Shown here piece after piece: positions 1-8,077 of a DNA stretch of 64,000 nucleotides. A program made the translations under genes and the position numbers. The DNA lies in the IMG/VR virus record IMGVR_UViG_3300029305_003259, positions 1-64,000 of that record, one strand, 5' to 3'. Positions within the stretch are counted from its first letter, which is position 1; each line of letters begins with the position of its first letter. The notes under the pieces were generated by a model, which saw only the letters and a program-made list of their open reading frames with translations, made no database searches and had not been told where the DNA came from. Source of the DNA: a virus. Taxonomy: Duplodnaviria > Caudoviricetes.

Positions 1-108
1 CTCCTCATCTTCGTCTACGCCAAGACCACAGAAGTTGCGACAGTCGTAGCCACCTTGGGCATCGAATGGGCAATAAGGGTCGGGGTTATCACAGGGATAA
101 GACTTCAT
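1..108 (-). CDS. small Cys-rich hypothetical protein, runs off the window edge
   Basis: ATG at 108 after AAAAGGAG; reads MKSYPCDNPDPYCPFDAQGGYDCRNFCG. Confidence 0.6.
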   Translation of the reverse strand, partial: MKSYPCDNPDPYCPFDAQGGYDCRNFCGLGVDEDEE

Positions 109-181
109 AATTTAAACTCCTTTCAAAGTTCATACTAAGGGGCACGAAGCTGTGCCTCATGCCCCTCGATACGAATTTTGC

Positions 182-733
182 TTAACGAATGTAGTTGCGA
201 TACTCGCCGATAGTCGAGGCGCAATCAGTAATCTCCTCAGTAAACCGAATTGCCTTAGCAACCAGAATAGTGTTGTTGGGATTACGATACTGGTAATCAG
301 TACGCTTCACCAGAGCCTTCACCTTAAAGAAGCGGTTGCAGAAATCGTAGGGATACTCCTTGAAGCAATGCCGCAGATTAGTGCAAACATGATATCCCTT
401 GGTGCCCAGATTGACATTACCCTCATAGGTATCCTCGACCTGCATCCGGTACTGCTTACCCTTGCAAATCATCTCGAAGTCAGTTGCCTTGAAGGCATCC
501 ACCCAAATCCAATCCTGCTCGACAGCCTCAAAAAAGCGGTCATCAACAGAGAACTTCTTGCCTACCTTGTTGGGATCCAGATGCTCCAGAATCTCAATCT
601 TGATGTTGTTGCCGTTCTCCTTACGAGGGAAGGTCTCGACAACCTTTGCTTTACGCAGAACGGAGTTGCCACAGACGGAGTACTCAGAGTCGGCAGTGGG
701 CAGAGGGCGAATGATAGTGTCGATAGCAAACAT
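182..733 (-). CDS. phage hypothetical protein
   Basis: 183 aa, AAAAGGAG RBS; C-terminal FKATD..MxCKGxQY...GYHVC pattern typical of a common phage family. Confidence 0.75.
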   Translation of the reverse strand: MFAIDTIIRPLPTADSEYSVCGNSVLRKAKVVETFPRKENGNNIKIEILEHLDPNKVGKKFSVDDRFFEAVEQDWIWVDAFKATDFEMICKGKQYRMQVEDTYEGNVNLGTKGYHVCTNLRHCFKEYPYDFCNRFFKVKALVKRTDYQYRNPNNTILVAKAIRFTEEITDCASTIGEYRNYIR

Positions 734-870
734 AATTTAATCTCCTTTTTGTTTTGAATTTTGTTGTTAGGAACTGGTTTCGCTTAAACTTAGTAGCGCA
801 AGGTAACCACATCCTTTCTGGAGCAATAGCACTCCATGAGGCCCATAAGATTTTATGGGCCCTAGCAATG

Positions 871-987
871 TTATGCGAATTTATTTACTTCTTTGACAGC
901 TTCCTGCAAAGTATCTGCGCTGCAAAAGAACTTTCCATCAATAAAGACTTCCCAATGGCCACGGACATTGATGTAGTTGACATTCAT
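871..987 (-). CDS. small hypothetical protein (38 aa, not in ORF track)
   Basis: MNVNYINVRGHWEVFIDGKFFCSADTLQEAVKEVNKFA; GGAAAGGA upstream. Confidence 0.65.
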   Translation of the reverse strand: MNVNYINVRGHWEVFIDGKFFCSADTLQEAVKEVNKFA

Positions 988-992
988 TTGCC

Positions 993-1190
993 TTATTCCT
1001 TTCCACTTTTAAGTCTGATTACAAAGAGGTCAAAGAATGGGTTTGCGCTTTCAATTTCATAGTCGGCACACTCAATGGGGATTTTGCGCAGCACTTCTCC
1101 AATGAATCCACAGGCAATTTCCTTTCCATCTACGAAGATGGAGATTCCTTTGTAAGGGATGTCGTTGAATTTGACTTCACGGAGTTTCAT
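993..1190 (-). CDS. hypothetical protein
   Basis: start moved to MKLREV after GAAAGGA; overlaps end of upstream gene. Confidence 0.65.
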   Translation of the reverse strand: MKLREVKFNDIPYKGISIFVDGKEIACGFIGEVLRKIPIECADYEIESANPFFDLFVIRLKSGKE

Positions 1191-1431
1191 CTGATTCATC
1201 CTTTCCATTAGAAAAAGCACCTGCCATGATAGCTTCAAACAATGATGCAGTTCGTGCCTGTGCTTCTTTAAAGGTATCATTGGACAACTTATAGTACTTT
1301 TCCTTAAATTCAAGGGCTTCTTCTAACTCTCGCTTGAGCTTGCGGTTTTCATAGACAATGTCTGCCATACCAAGAATGATTTCTTCAACGAAGAATTTCC
1401 TTTCTTCTTTATCATAAAAGTCAGCCCACAT
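1177..1431 (-). CDS. hypothetical coiled-coil protein
   Basis: AAAAGGAG RBS before MWADFYD. Confidence 0.7.
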   Translation of the reverse strand: MWADFYDKEERKFFVEEIILGMADIVYENRKLKRELEEALEFKEKYYKLSNDTFKEAQARTASLFEAIMAGAFSNGKDESDETP

Positions 1432-1436
1432 TTGGT

Positions 1437-1583
1437 TTACTCCTTTTCTAAGACCTGCTTGCCGCAGTAAGGACAATACGTCCAATTAATTGCTTCCATC
1501 AGTGGATGTTCTTTTTGCCCACAATAAGGGCATTGAGCAAAATCATCGAACATACCTGCGAGTTTCCAACCTCTTATTTCCAT
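1437..1583 (-). CDS. small zinc-ribbon protein (48 aa, not in ORF track)
   Basis: MEIRGW...CPYCGQ...CPYCGKQ; two CxxC; AAAGGGAG RBS. Confidence 0.75.
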   Translation of the reverse strand: MEIRGWKLAGMFDDFAQCPYCGQKEHPLMEAINWTYCPYCGKQVLEKE

Positions 1584-1982
1584 TTAACTCTCCCTTTCTA
1601 TTTCATCATAAGGTACAATGGTTTCCAGAAATTGTGCAAATTCCTCCTTTGTCATGAAGAAATTGGTATGGCTTATATAGATGCCATCTTCAACAGAGCA
1701 GTTAATTCTGTCATCCCACTCAATAAAGTGGATGTGCTGATTGTATCGGCTCTCTTGGAACAAAGTATCGAAGAAGTATTGGATTTCTGGTGTTCGCTTA
1801 AGCCAAAAGCTTTTACGAGTACCGTCCCTACCCTCATAGCAACAGAAGATTTCCGTTGCCTTATCTTGAGGTTTATTTTTGATTTGTTTTCCATTACGGA
1901 AGTGCAGGTGTTCCCTTGCAGCTCCAAGTGATTTTGCTTGTAAGAATGGGATGCTATCTGCATCCCTACCATTAATTTTCAT
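1584..1982 (-). CDS. hypothetical protein
   Basis: AAAGGAG RBS, abuts next gene. Confidence 0.7.
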   Translation of the reverse strand: MKINGRDADSIPFLQAKSLGAAREHLHFRNGKQIKNKPQDKATEIFCCYEGRDGTRKSFWLKRTPEIQYFFDTLFQESRYNQHIHFIEWDDRINCSVEDGIYISHTNFFMTKEEFAQFLETIVPYDEIERES

Positions 1983-2166
1983 ATTCAATCTCCTTTATAA
2001 TCATAGTATCAATTGCGGCAATTGGTATGAGCCACAATAAGTTGTACATTGAGCCTCCGAGTTCTGCAGAGCCTATTAATCCAAGGGCCACAAGGAATGA
2101 TAGGAGCAGAACTATTTCCCTACTCAAAGTAGCAGTTATCAAGGTAGATGCTGTGGCTTTCATCAA
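1972..2166 (-). CDS. small membrane protein, start uncertain
   Basis: two hydrophobic segments; fills gap in operon. Confidence 0.45.
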   Translation of the reverse strand: MMKATASTLITATLSREIVLLLSFLVALGLIGSAELGGSMYNLLWLIPIAAIDTMIIKEIEYEN

Positions 2167-2407
2167 ACTTGATTTCCTTATCTGTGATTAGTGTGCCACA
2201 GAAGTTTACAAGGACAAATGGCTCGATAGTTACGGGAGTAACCCAGTCGCCATCATCGTCGTGACGGCATTGATACATGAATTTGCCTTCAGGAATGGTA
2301 TTTTTGTCGATACGGAAGTCGTAGAATTCTCCCTCATAAATTTCGCTTCCTGCAAATGCAACTAAGTGCATGATATGTTTTTGGGCTGATTGATAACTTT
2401 CTCTCAT
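2120..2407 (-). CDS. LPD28-like (polyvalent-protein-associated) domain protein
   Basis: RIDKNTIPEGKFMYQCRHDDDGDWVTPVTIEPFVLVNFCGTLIT resembles the LPD28 pattern; AAAGGAG RBS. Confidence 0.65.
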   Translation of the reverse strand: MRESYQSAQKHIMHLVAFAGSEIYEGEFYDFRIDKNTIPEGKFMYQCRHDDDGDWVTPVTIEPFVLVNFCGTLITDKEIKFDESHSIYLDNCYFE

Positions 2408-2493
2408 AGTTATCTCCTTTCGCTGGGTATATTTGGGTTTGTGAAGCCCATAATGAAAGCCACAAAGTTTCCCTTGTGGCCTTGATATAGGTT

Positions 2494-2895
2494 TCAGTTG
2501 GTATCAATGATATAATCAAATCGGATCAAAATATCATCTTCATAATTGTTGTCGGGATTGTAGACCATGTAGCTGCAAATCACATCTCCATTTTGAATTC
2601 CCTCTACACTTGCATAGCTAATGTAGTAATCGGTATAGCCGACAATGTAGCCATCGCCGGTTTCTGCATCGGTGACTACGCCCACAACTTGCTCGATAAT
2701 GAGCTTTCCGTTGCGGCCTGCAAGATCTTCCATTGAAAGGTCAGGACTGTTGACAATTTCGATAAGGTCAAGGGAGTCGGCGTAGGCATAGTAATCCATT
2801 TCGTTTGCAGATGTCTTGGCCATGATAGCCAGAGATACCAGCAGGATTACAGAGGACACGATGATTGGGAACATGTTTCGCTTATTTATATTCAT
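2494..2895 (-). CDS. membrane-anchored/secreted hypothetical protein
   Basis: N-terminal hydrophobic helix; AAAAGGAG RBS. Confidence 0.75.
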   Translation of the reverse strand: MNINKRNMFPIIVSSVILLVSLAIMAKTSANEMDYYAYADSLDLIEIVNSPDLSMEDLAGRNGKLIIEQVVGVVTDAETGDGYIVGYTDYYISYASVEGIQNGDVICSYMVYNPDNNYEDDILIRFDYIIDTN

Positions 2896-2973
2896 TTGTA
2901 TTTCTCCTTTTATTTTGAATTATGAGCAAAGCCCACATCCAAACCCTCAAAGTTTGAGGGCTTGAGGCAGGTT

Positions 2974-3303
2974 TTACTTAATAATTTCAGACGGATTTGC
3001 CTTTTGGAGATTGCACAGGAAATCGAGAACCTCTTCGGGAGTAAGGTAGCCAACTACAATATCACAGCAGTCGCCACCATTGCTCAGGAACTGGTTTGCG
3101 TCAATCAGGTCTCCCTTGTAGATTGCCGCAACTTCGGCAGTATCAGACTGAGCATCCTTATTGCAGGAGAAATCCATATCCTTTGGAAAATGGTTGTCGC
3201 AGTAGTTACCTGCTCCCCACTGCACAGAAGCAGTGAGGCCATTTTCGAAGGTAATATGAAATCCCTTGCGCTGAGTGGACACGAATTTCTTGGACATAGA
3301 CAT
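2974..3303 (-). CDS. phage hypothetical protein
   Basis: GFHITFENGLTASVQWGAGNYC pattern common in phage proteins; start moved to 3303. Confidence 0.75.
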   Translation of the reverse strand: MSMSKKFVSTQRKGFHITFENGLTASVQWGAGNYCDNHFPKDMDFSCNKDAQSDTAEVAAIYKGDLIDANQFLSNGGDCCDIVVGYLTPEEVLDFLCNLQKANPSEIIK

Positions 3304-3456
3304 TTCCCTTTCTTTTAAATTTTGCTTATTCAATTGTCGGCACTTGATTGGTTCAGTCCAAAAACAATGTCGGTCATGCCGTTTTTCATTGCCCCATTTA
3401 CCTTTCTAAGTGCTCCATGGTGCCCATAAGGTTTCCCTTGTGGACACGAGCAACAC

Positions 3457-3795
3457 TTATTCGAACATACGAGGATAGAATTTCTCTTTGAAGTTCCAGC
3501 CATTTCCCTTTAGGAATTGGTCGATAGCTTTCACAGAAGGCGCTTCGAATTCTCCCTTGACTGGCAGGGGATTGACGGGACATTTGATTTTGCAGAAAAC
3601 CTTGGGAGCTTCGCCGTTGTGATTTTCAAAACGGAACAGGGCCATAAGCTGGATTTCCCTTTCCCTTGTATATGCCTGTATGAGGCGCTCAGAAGGAGCG
3701 CCTTGGCACATACCATAGCACATCTTATCGGTGTACAGGTAGGGAAGCAAGTTCCCTTGCTTGGTGTAGATGCAGATGACGGAATACTTGGACAT
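3457..3795 (-). CDS. hypothetical protein
   Basis: 112 aa, GAAAGGA RBS. Confidence 0.7.
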   Translation of the reverse strand: MSKYSVICIYTKQGNLLPYLYTDKMCYGMCQGAPSERLIQAYTREREIQLMALFRFENHNGEAPKVFCKIKCPVNPLPVKGEFEAPSVKAIDQFLKGNGWNFKEKFYPRMFE

Positions 3796-4015
3796 ATAAT
3801 CATTTCCTTTCTCTAATGAATTTGGGCTTCACTTGGTATCCCATAATAAGGTTCGATTGCGAATTATACGGGCAGGGCAATAGTCAGTATCTCCCGCCTC
3901 TAAGGCTGTAGCTTCGCTTTACTCTCAACTGACACGGTTATCGACAGACTTTCGTCTCCCTTGCTATGGGATTGGGATGGGGCTTTTACGGATAAACCCC
4001 TCAGAACCGTTTCGC

Positions 4016-4162
4016 TTACCAGTACTTGACATACTCACGGAACTTCATCTTTCCGTTGGTAGCCCGATATACCACATACATCAGGCCAACGAAGATGGAA
4101 TAAGGAACCACGAGAACGAGGCAAAACAGGCCTCCGAAGCAAATGGCAATCAAAGCGTCCAT
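4016..4162 (-). CDS. small membrane protein (48 aa, not in ORF track)
   Basis: MDALIAICFGGLFCLVLVVPYSIFVGLMYVVYRATNGKMKFREYVKYW; GAAAGGA RBS. Confidence 0.7.
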   Translation of the reverse strand: MDALIAICFGGLFCLVLVVPYSIFVGLMYVVYRATNGKMKFREYVKYW

Positions 4163-4177
4163 TTTTCATTTCCTTTC

Positions 4178-4588
4178 TTAAATAGCATACAATTTATCGC
4201 CACGGAAAGCTCCGCAGCACTCTACGAGACCACTCTTGATGAGTTCCTTTGTGCCATAGCGGCCAAGGATTTTCTTCATTTCCCTTTCATAGATGGTATC
4301 ACCACCATGCTCGGCAATGAGCTTGTCATACAGAACTTCGGCATAGTGGTCAAGGGCATACTGGATATGGGAATGGCACAGGTTGTTCAGGTAAACTTCG
4401 GCATTGCGATTTCCCTTAGCAATTGCTTCATAGAACTTGGTTTCGATTTCCTTTGGGAAAGGGATTTCCATTTCGGAGAAGAGCTTCTGCTTTTCCTTTA
4501 GAAGAGCAGCGTTGTAGCGCTTCTCAAGGGAAGGTGTCCAAGGCTTACCCTGGGACAGATATTCGGATTTCGCTTCTAAAATGTTCAT
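4178..4588 (-). CDS. hypothetical protein
   Basis: 136 aa, ATGA overlap with upstream gene. Confidence 0.75.
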   Translation of the reverse strand: MNILEAKSEYLSQGKPWTPSLEKRYNAALLKEKQKLFSEMEIPFPKEIETKFYEAIAKGNRNAEVYLNNLCHSHIQYALDHYAEVLYDKLIAEHGGDTIYEREMKKILGRYGTKELIKSGLVECCGAFRGDKLYAI

Positions 4589-4806
4589 GGCGTATCTCCC
4601 TTCGCATTAATTTTGTGCTGTTCTTCCTTGTCGGAAAAATAGGCAACGACAAGAGAATGAGTATGAGAGATAGCGCAACGGCTACAATCAATGCGCATTC
4701 CCTTATTGCAACAACAGTTGCAGGAATGGGCAAAAGCAGAATTCGCTTCTGCCTTGGAATTTGCGGCGTACTGATAGTTCACGCCAATGGTTTCAAATTT
4801 TGTCAT
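4585..4806 (-). CDS. Cys/His-rich small protein
   Basis: HSCNCCC...CSRC...HTH; GAGGT RBS. Confidence 0.7.
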   Translation of the reverse strand: MTKFETIGVNYQYAANSKAEANSAFAHSCNCCCNKGMRIDCSRCAISHTHSLVVAYFSDKEEQHKINAKGDTP

Positions 4807-4887
4807 GAGGATACCTCGCTTCCTATGGAATTAAAATCCATAATGAAGACCATAAGATTTCGCTTATGGGCTTGATATAGATTTCAA

Positions 4888-5157
4888 TTACAAACTACTA
4901 AATCTGAAGTTGCACAATGCTTCAATAAGCATATGGTCAACAAAGAACAAACTGCAAAATCTTTGCGCAATGGTTTCTGGTTTCGTTTCTGGCTCCCAGT
5001 ACTTTGCGTTCTTGATGGCGCAAAGCGCCCTTATTGCAATATCTTGCAAAGAAGGTTCATTAAATTGTCTTGCCAGATGGTAAGCACCACCGTAAATTTC
5101 GATAGTACGAGGCCCGAAGCATTCAGCTTCAAGGCGCTTCATTATGATATCTTCCAT
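4888..5157 (-). CDS. hypothetical protein
   Basis: AAAGGGGG RBS. Confidence 0.65.
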   Translation of the reverse strand: MEDIIMKRLEAECFGPRTIEIYGGAYHLARQFNEPSLQDIAIRALCAIKNAKYWEPETKPETIAQRFCSLFFVDHMLIEALCNFRFSSL

Positions 5158-5225
5158 AGGTTCCCCCTTTCCTACAAGTTAAACCCATGACAAGGTATCT
5201 GAGATTCAGGTACTTTGTCACGGAC

Positions 5226-5456
5226 TTAACCGATAGATGAATAAATGTTGCAGGATACAGTTGCACCATTGATGGAATAGCCAACAATGTTGACCCAGCC
5301 ATACTCATAGAGATAGTCTTCCTGCCAAGAGATTTTGGAGCAATAGATTACTCCGTTGACATTGTTGCAACGCAACTGATACCGACCGTTGGCATATTCG
5401 AGCGTTTCCACCAAGACGGTCACTTCGCCCAAATCGGGCAGATATACTGATAGCAT
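5226..5456 (-). CDS. hypothetical protein
   Basis: AAGGGGG RBS. Confidence 0.65.
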   Translation of the reverse strand: MLSVYLPDLGEVTVLVETLEYANGRYQLRCNNVNGVIYCSKISWQEDYLYEYGWVNIVGYSINGATVSCNIYSSIG

Positions 5457-5468
5457 ACCATTACCCCC

Positions 5469-5732
5469 TTAGATGAATTCGGCCAAAGAGTACAAAGTGC
5501 CCTTGTAGCCCAGTAGCGTTGGAATGTCATAAGCGATAGCATAGTCTCTGGTAAACTGGTCGCCAGTATAGTTGGCGAGAAGCATATCAAAGGCGCAGTT
5601 GATGTCCTCGATGATTGCGTCAAAGGGACGGTTGTCATGTCCAAGACACATATAGATAGTCGGACGACTGTCTATTGGTAGCTTGGCTGAGCAGTAGTAC
5701 TGCCCGTTCCTGAAGTAGAATTGTACTTCCAT
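5469..5732 (-). CDS. hypothetical protein
   Basis: start moved to MEVQF after AAGGGGGTG. Confidence 0.65.
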   Translation of the reverse strand: MEVQFYFRNGQYYCSAKLPIDSRPTIYMCLGHDNRPFDAIIEDINCAFDMLLANYTGDQFTRDYAIAYDIPTLLGYKGTLYSLAEFI

Positions 5733-5760
5733 AAAATCACCCCCTTGGTGGATAAAATGC

Positions 5761-6593
5761 GTGCCATCCCGTGTCATCTCTACAGGTCTAGCCTGTAGAG
5801 GGGAATAATCCCCAGTCCCGTGTTACTTCTTGTTGGTCTTGTTGGCCTGACGGGCAGCCTTACGGCGAGCCTTGGCTGCGTCCTTGCGAGCCTGCTCCTC
5901 GGCTTCCAGTTCTTCCCAAGTCTTGGCTTCCTGACCCTTGATAATCTGAGCCAGAGCGCACTCCATCTTGGTTGCAAAGGTGCCATACTTGGCACGAGTC
6001 TTGAACTTAGAGGCGCTATCGGTCTGCTTCTTAGCGAGCTTCAGCTCCTCTTCCTTGGCAGCGATACGCTTCTCCATGTCGGCAATCCACTCCTCGGAAG
6101 CGCCGTTGTTGGGCTTGTTGAACTCGGCCTTGAGGTTCTTCAACTGGGAGTTGATGAACTCAGCATTGCCAGTCAACTGCTTGCGGTCGAGGATAGAATA
6201 CTTGCTGAGATTGTTCAGAAGCTCCTCGGACTTGTGCAGAGCGTGACCGTTGACTTCACCCACGAGGTCAAGGATAGCCTGCAGAGACTTGAAAGCCTCG
6301 GACTTGGCGTCCTTAGTGGACTTGTCGGGGTCGATGGAAGCGATGATGGTAGCGCACTCGTACTTGTAGAAGTTGCGATGTGCGTTTTCCAGAGCAGTCT
6401 TCCAAGTTGCATAGGTGTCGATACCTACCTGACCACCGTTGATAGTGGCTTCCTTGTTGTTGGCGATGGTGCTATTGCGTACCAGAGCCTGTGCGATAAT
6501 ATTCATGTTGTTGTTCATAGTGTTACCTCTTTCCTACGGTTTGACCGTATCAAATTTTATGGGTAGACCCATAGAGATAACACGGGATAGCAC
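5761..6593 (-). repeat. 30-bp imperfect inverted repeat (5761-5790 / 6564-6593) bracketing the 231-aa gene
   Basis: 26/30 identical; all four differences form G-U pairs in the minus-strand RNA. Confidence 0.85.
5823..6518 (-). CDS. basic coiled-coil protein, first gene of the leftward operon
   Basis: 231 aa; strong AAG/GAG/AAC codon bias suggesting high expression; AAAGAGGT RBS; K/R-rich tail. Confidence 0.85.
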   Translation of the reverse strand: MNNNMNIIAQALVRNSTIANNKEATINGGQVGIDTYATWKTALENAHRNFYKYECATIIASIDPDKSTKDAKSEAFKSLQAILDLVGEVNGHALHKSEELLNNLSKYSILDRKQLTGNAEFINSQLKNLKAEFNKPNNGASEEWIADMEKRIAAKEEELKLAKKQTDSASKFKTRAKYGTFATKMECALAQIIKGQEAKTWEELEAEEQARKDAAKARRKAARQANKTNKK

Positions 6594-6773
6594 ATTTTAA
6601 TGGTGTGTCAATCGTGCGTAGTTACCCATGCGAGAATTTCACTCCCATGTGCCGAGTTAGGCCATCAGCCACACGCACACCTATAACAGAAGCCTTTCTC
6701 TGGATTGCTCCAAAGTTGCACGCTCCACCCTGACGGACAGTCTTTCAGCCTATTGCAAGGCAGGGATGTGTAT

Positions 6774-6785
6774 TTTTCAAAGAAC
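6774..6785 (-). promoter_or_regulatory. boxA-like antitermination element
   Basis: GTTCTTTGAAAA on the minus strand. Confidence 0.5.
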
Positions 6786-6831
6786 AAGTGTTCTCATCAA
6801 TCGAACATGACAATCACGCCTTGAAATATAA

Positions 6832-6880
6832 TGGTACATTCAAACCTAAAGACGGCGTTATGTGGTACATTCAAACCTAA
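6832..6880. repeat. 18-bp direct repeat TGGTACATTCAAACCTAA x2, 31-bp period
   Basis: exact copies at 6832-6849 and 6863-6880. Confidence 0.9.
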
Positions 6881-6980
6881 CGTTTTTCCGTCAAACCATT
6901 TCAAGTGATAGCATAGTTCCCCATGCAATCGGATTGTATCAAATACCAACATTTTTCAATGTCAATAAGTGATTTTTCGA

Positions 6981-7000
6981 TGTTCAATTTTCAAAGAGCG
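6981..7000 (-). promoter_or_regulatory. rRNA-leader-type boxA element
   Basis: CGCTCTTTGAAAATTGAACA, about 40 nt downstream of the leftward promoter. Confidence 0.6.
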
Positions 7001-7048
7001 ATAAACCTTGCGACTGGTTTTTGTGTCGTTGTCGCTTGGTATGGTCTT

Positions 7049-7076
7049 ATTATAGCACGTTGAAAGAAAAGCGCAA
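7049..7076 (-). promoter_or_regulatory. leftward sigma-A promoter
   Basis: TTGCGC-16 nt-TATAAT with extended -10 TG. Confidence 0.6.
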
Positions 7077-7566
7077 GTAAATAGTGATTTACTGGGGGGG
7101 TGCAAAAAACCTCGCAAACCATTGAAAATAAAGGCTTTTCTGGAAGGTAGTGAACACACACACTGATTAAAAAATCAAAAAAAATATAGTGAAAAAATAC
7201 ATGATAGATTGCCAAATAAATTAGGATTAGAAATAGCCCAAAATATATTCGAAAATCCAACAATTTATCTGCCAAAAATAGAACAAAAGTTCTAGCATAC
7301 AAATTAGTACAAACGTTCTATAAACCAAAATCCACAAGTCTAAAACTAACAAAATCAATAACATATCCCAAAATCCCCAAACACACTCCACTCTAACCAG
7401 ATACCTATAAAAAATAAAAGGCCCCGTCTACATATAACCAATACCCGGGGTACTTCCAACCAAAAAAAATAAGGCACCCATACCAAAATAAGGCCCCAAT
7501 ATATATCAAAGGCAAATATACAATCCACCGTACCAAAAACAAAAGGGGGCCCCAATAAGGGCCCCG

Positions 7567-7689
7567 TATATATATTATTATTAATATTATATTGTTATAT
7601 TGTTATGTGTCCCTCTGGCTGGACTTTTTTTCCAATGAGAGGGACATTTATTCCAAAAATTAGGACACCTTATTCCAATGAGAGGGACA
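7567..7689. repeat. AT-rich tract plus iteron-like repeats; candidate origin or operator
   Basis: TTCCAATGAGAGGGACA at 7630-7646 and 7673-7689, degenerate copy 7651-7667, inverted half-site 7608-7616. Confidence 0.6.
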
Positions 7690-7697
7690 AAACCCTC

Positions 7698-7726
7698 TTG
7701 ACAAAATAAAATTTCCATGTTATACT
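7698..7726 (+). promoter_or_regulatory. sigma-A promoter
   Basis: TTGACA-17 nt-TATACT with extended TG. Confidence 0.85.
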
Positions 7727-7755
7727 CACCATACAAAATTAATGGAGGTGATGAA

Positions 7756-8052
7756 ATGTCCAAAGAGGTATCTATTGACAAGACTGCCGACCAGCCATAT
7801 TACATGTGCTCAATAGAACATAACCGCATCGCTATGCGCAACCTCACCAAGTCGGCATATTACTTATACACATACTTTATGCAAAATCAGGATGGCTACA
7901 ATTTTACCCTGCGCCGATCCCATGCCATGTCAATTACGGGCCTTTCTAAATCTTCATATTACTTGGCCCTTCAAGAACTTATTGACAAGCACTATGTAAT
8001 AGATTGCGACGATGGCTATGAATTCTATGAACGTCCGCAAGAGAACTATTGA
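7756..8052 (+). CDS. winged-HTH DNA-binding protein (Rep/regulator-like)
   Basis: LTKSAYYLYTYF...TGLSKSSYYLALQELIDKHYV HTH pattern; GGAGGTG RBS. Confidence 0.65.
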   Translation: MSKEVSIDKTADQPYYMCSIEHNRIAMRNLTKSAYYLYTYFMQNQDGYNFTLRRSHAMSITGLSKSSYYLALQELIDKHYVIDCDDGYEFYERPQENY

Positions 8053-8077
8053 CAAATGATGGGAAATATGTTATAAT
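8049..8077 (+). promoter_or_regulatory. consensus sigma-A promoter
   Basis: TTGACA-17 nt-TATAAT with extended TG. Confidence 0.9.

Larger units (their letters stand above)
129..5230 (-). other. family of long intergenic hairpins (129-175, 826-874, 2442-2496, 2925-2978, 3407-3459, 4832-4886, 5178-5230); putative RNase III sites
   Basis: 47-55 nt stems between a stop codon and the next RBS; no U-tract on the coding strand; pairs of copies share sequence. Confidence 0.65.

Noticed and set aside
3330-3389. 19-codon ORF MKNGMTDIVF..., possible remnant of a VWA-type gene
   Set aside because: Too short to support a call.
152-6566. Long plus-strand ORFs over the left arm (152-757, 3977-4501, 4423-4875, 5820-6566 and others)
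   Set aside because: Antisense shadows of minus-strand genes that have clear RBSs and codon bias.
6600-6770. Hammerhead ribozyme (CTGATGG...GAAA on the minus strand)
   Set aside because: Core is not CUGANGA and the stems do not flank it correctly.
6832-6880. Mini-CRISPR array
   Set aside because: Only two 18-bp repeats with a 13-bp gap; too short for a repeat-spacer unit and no cas genes.
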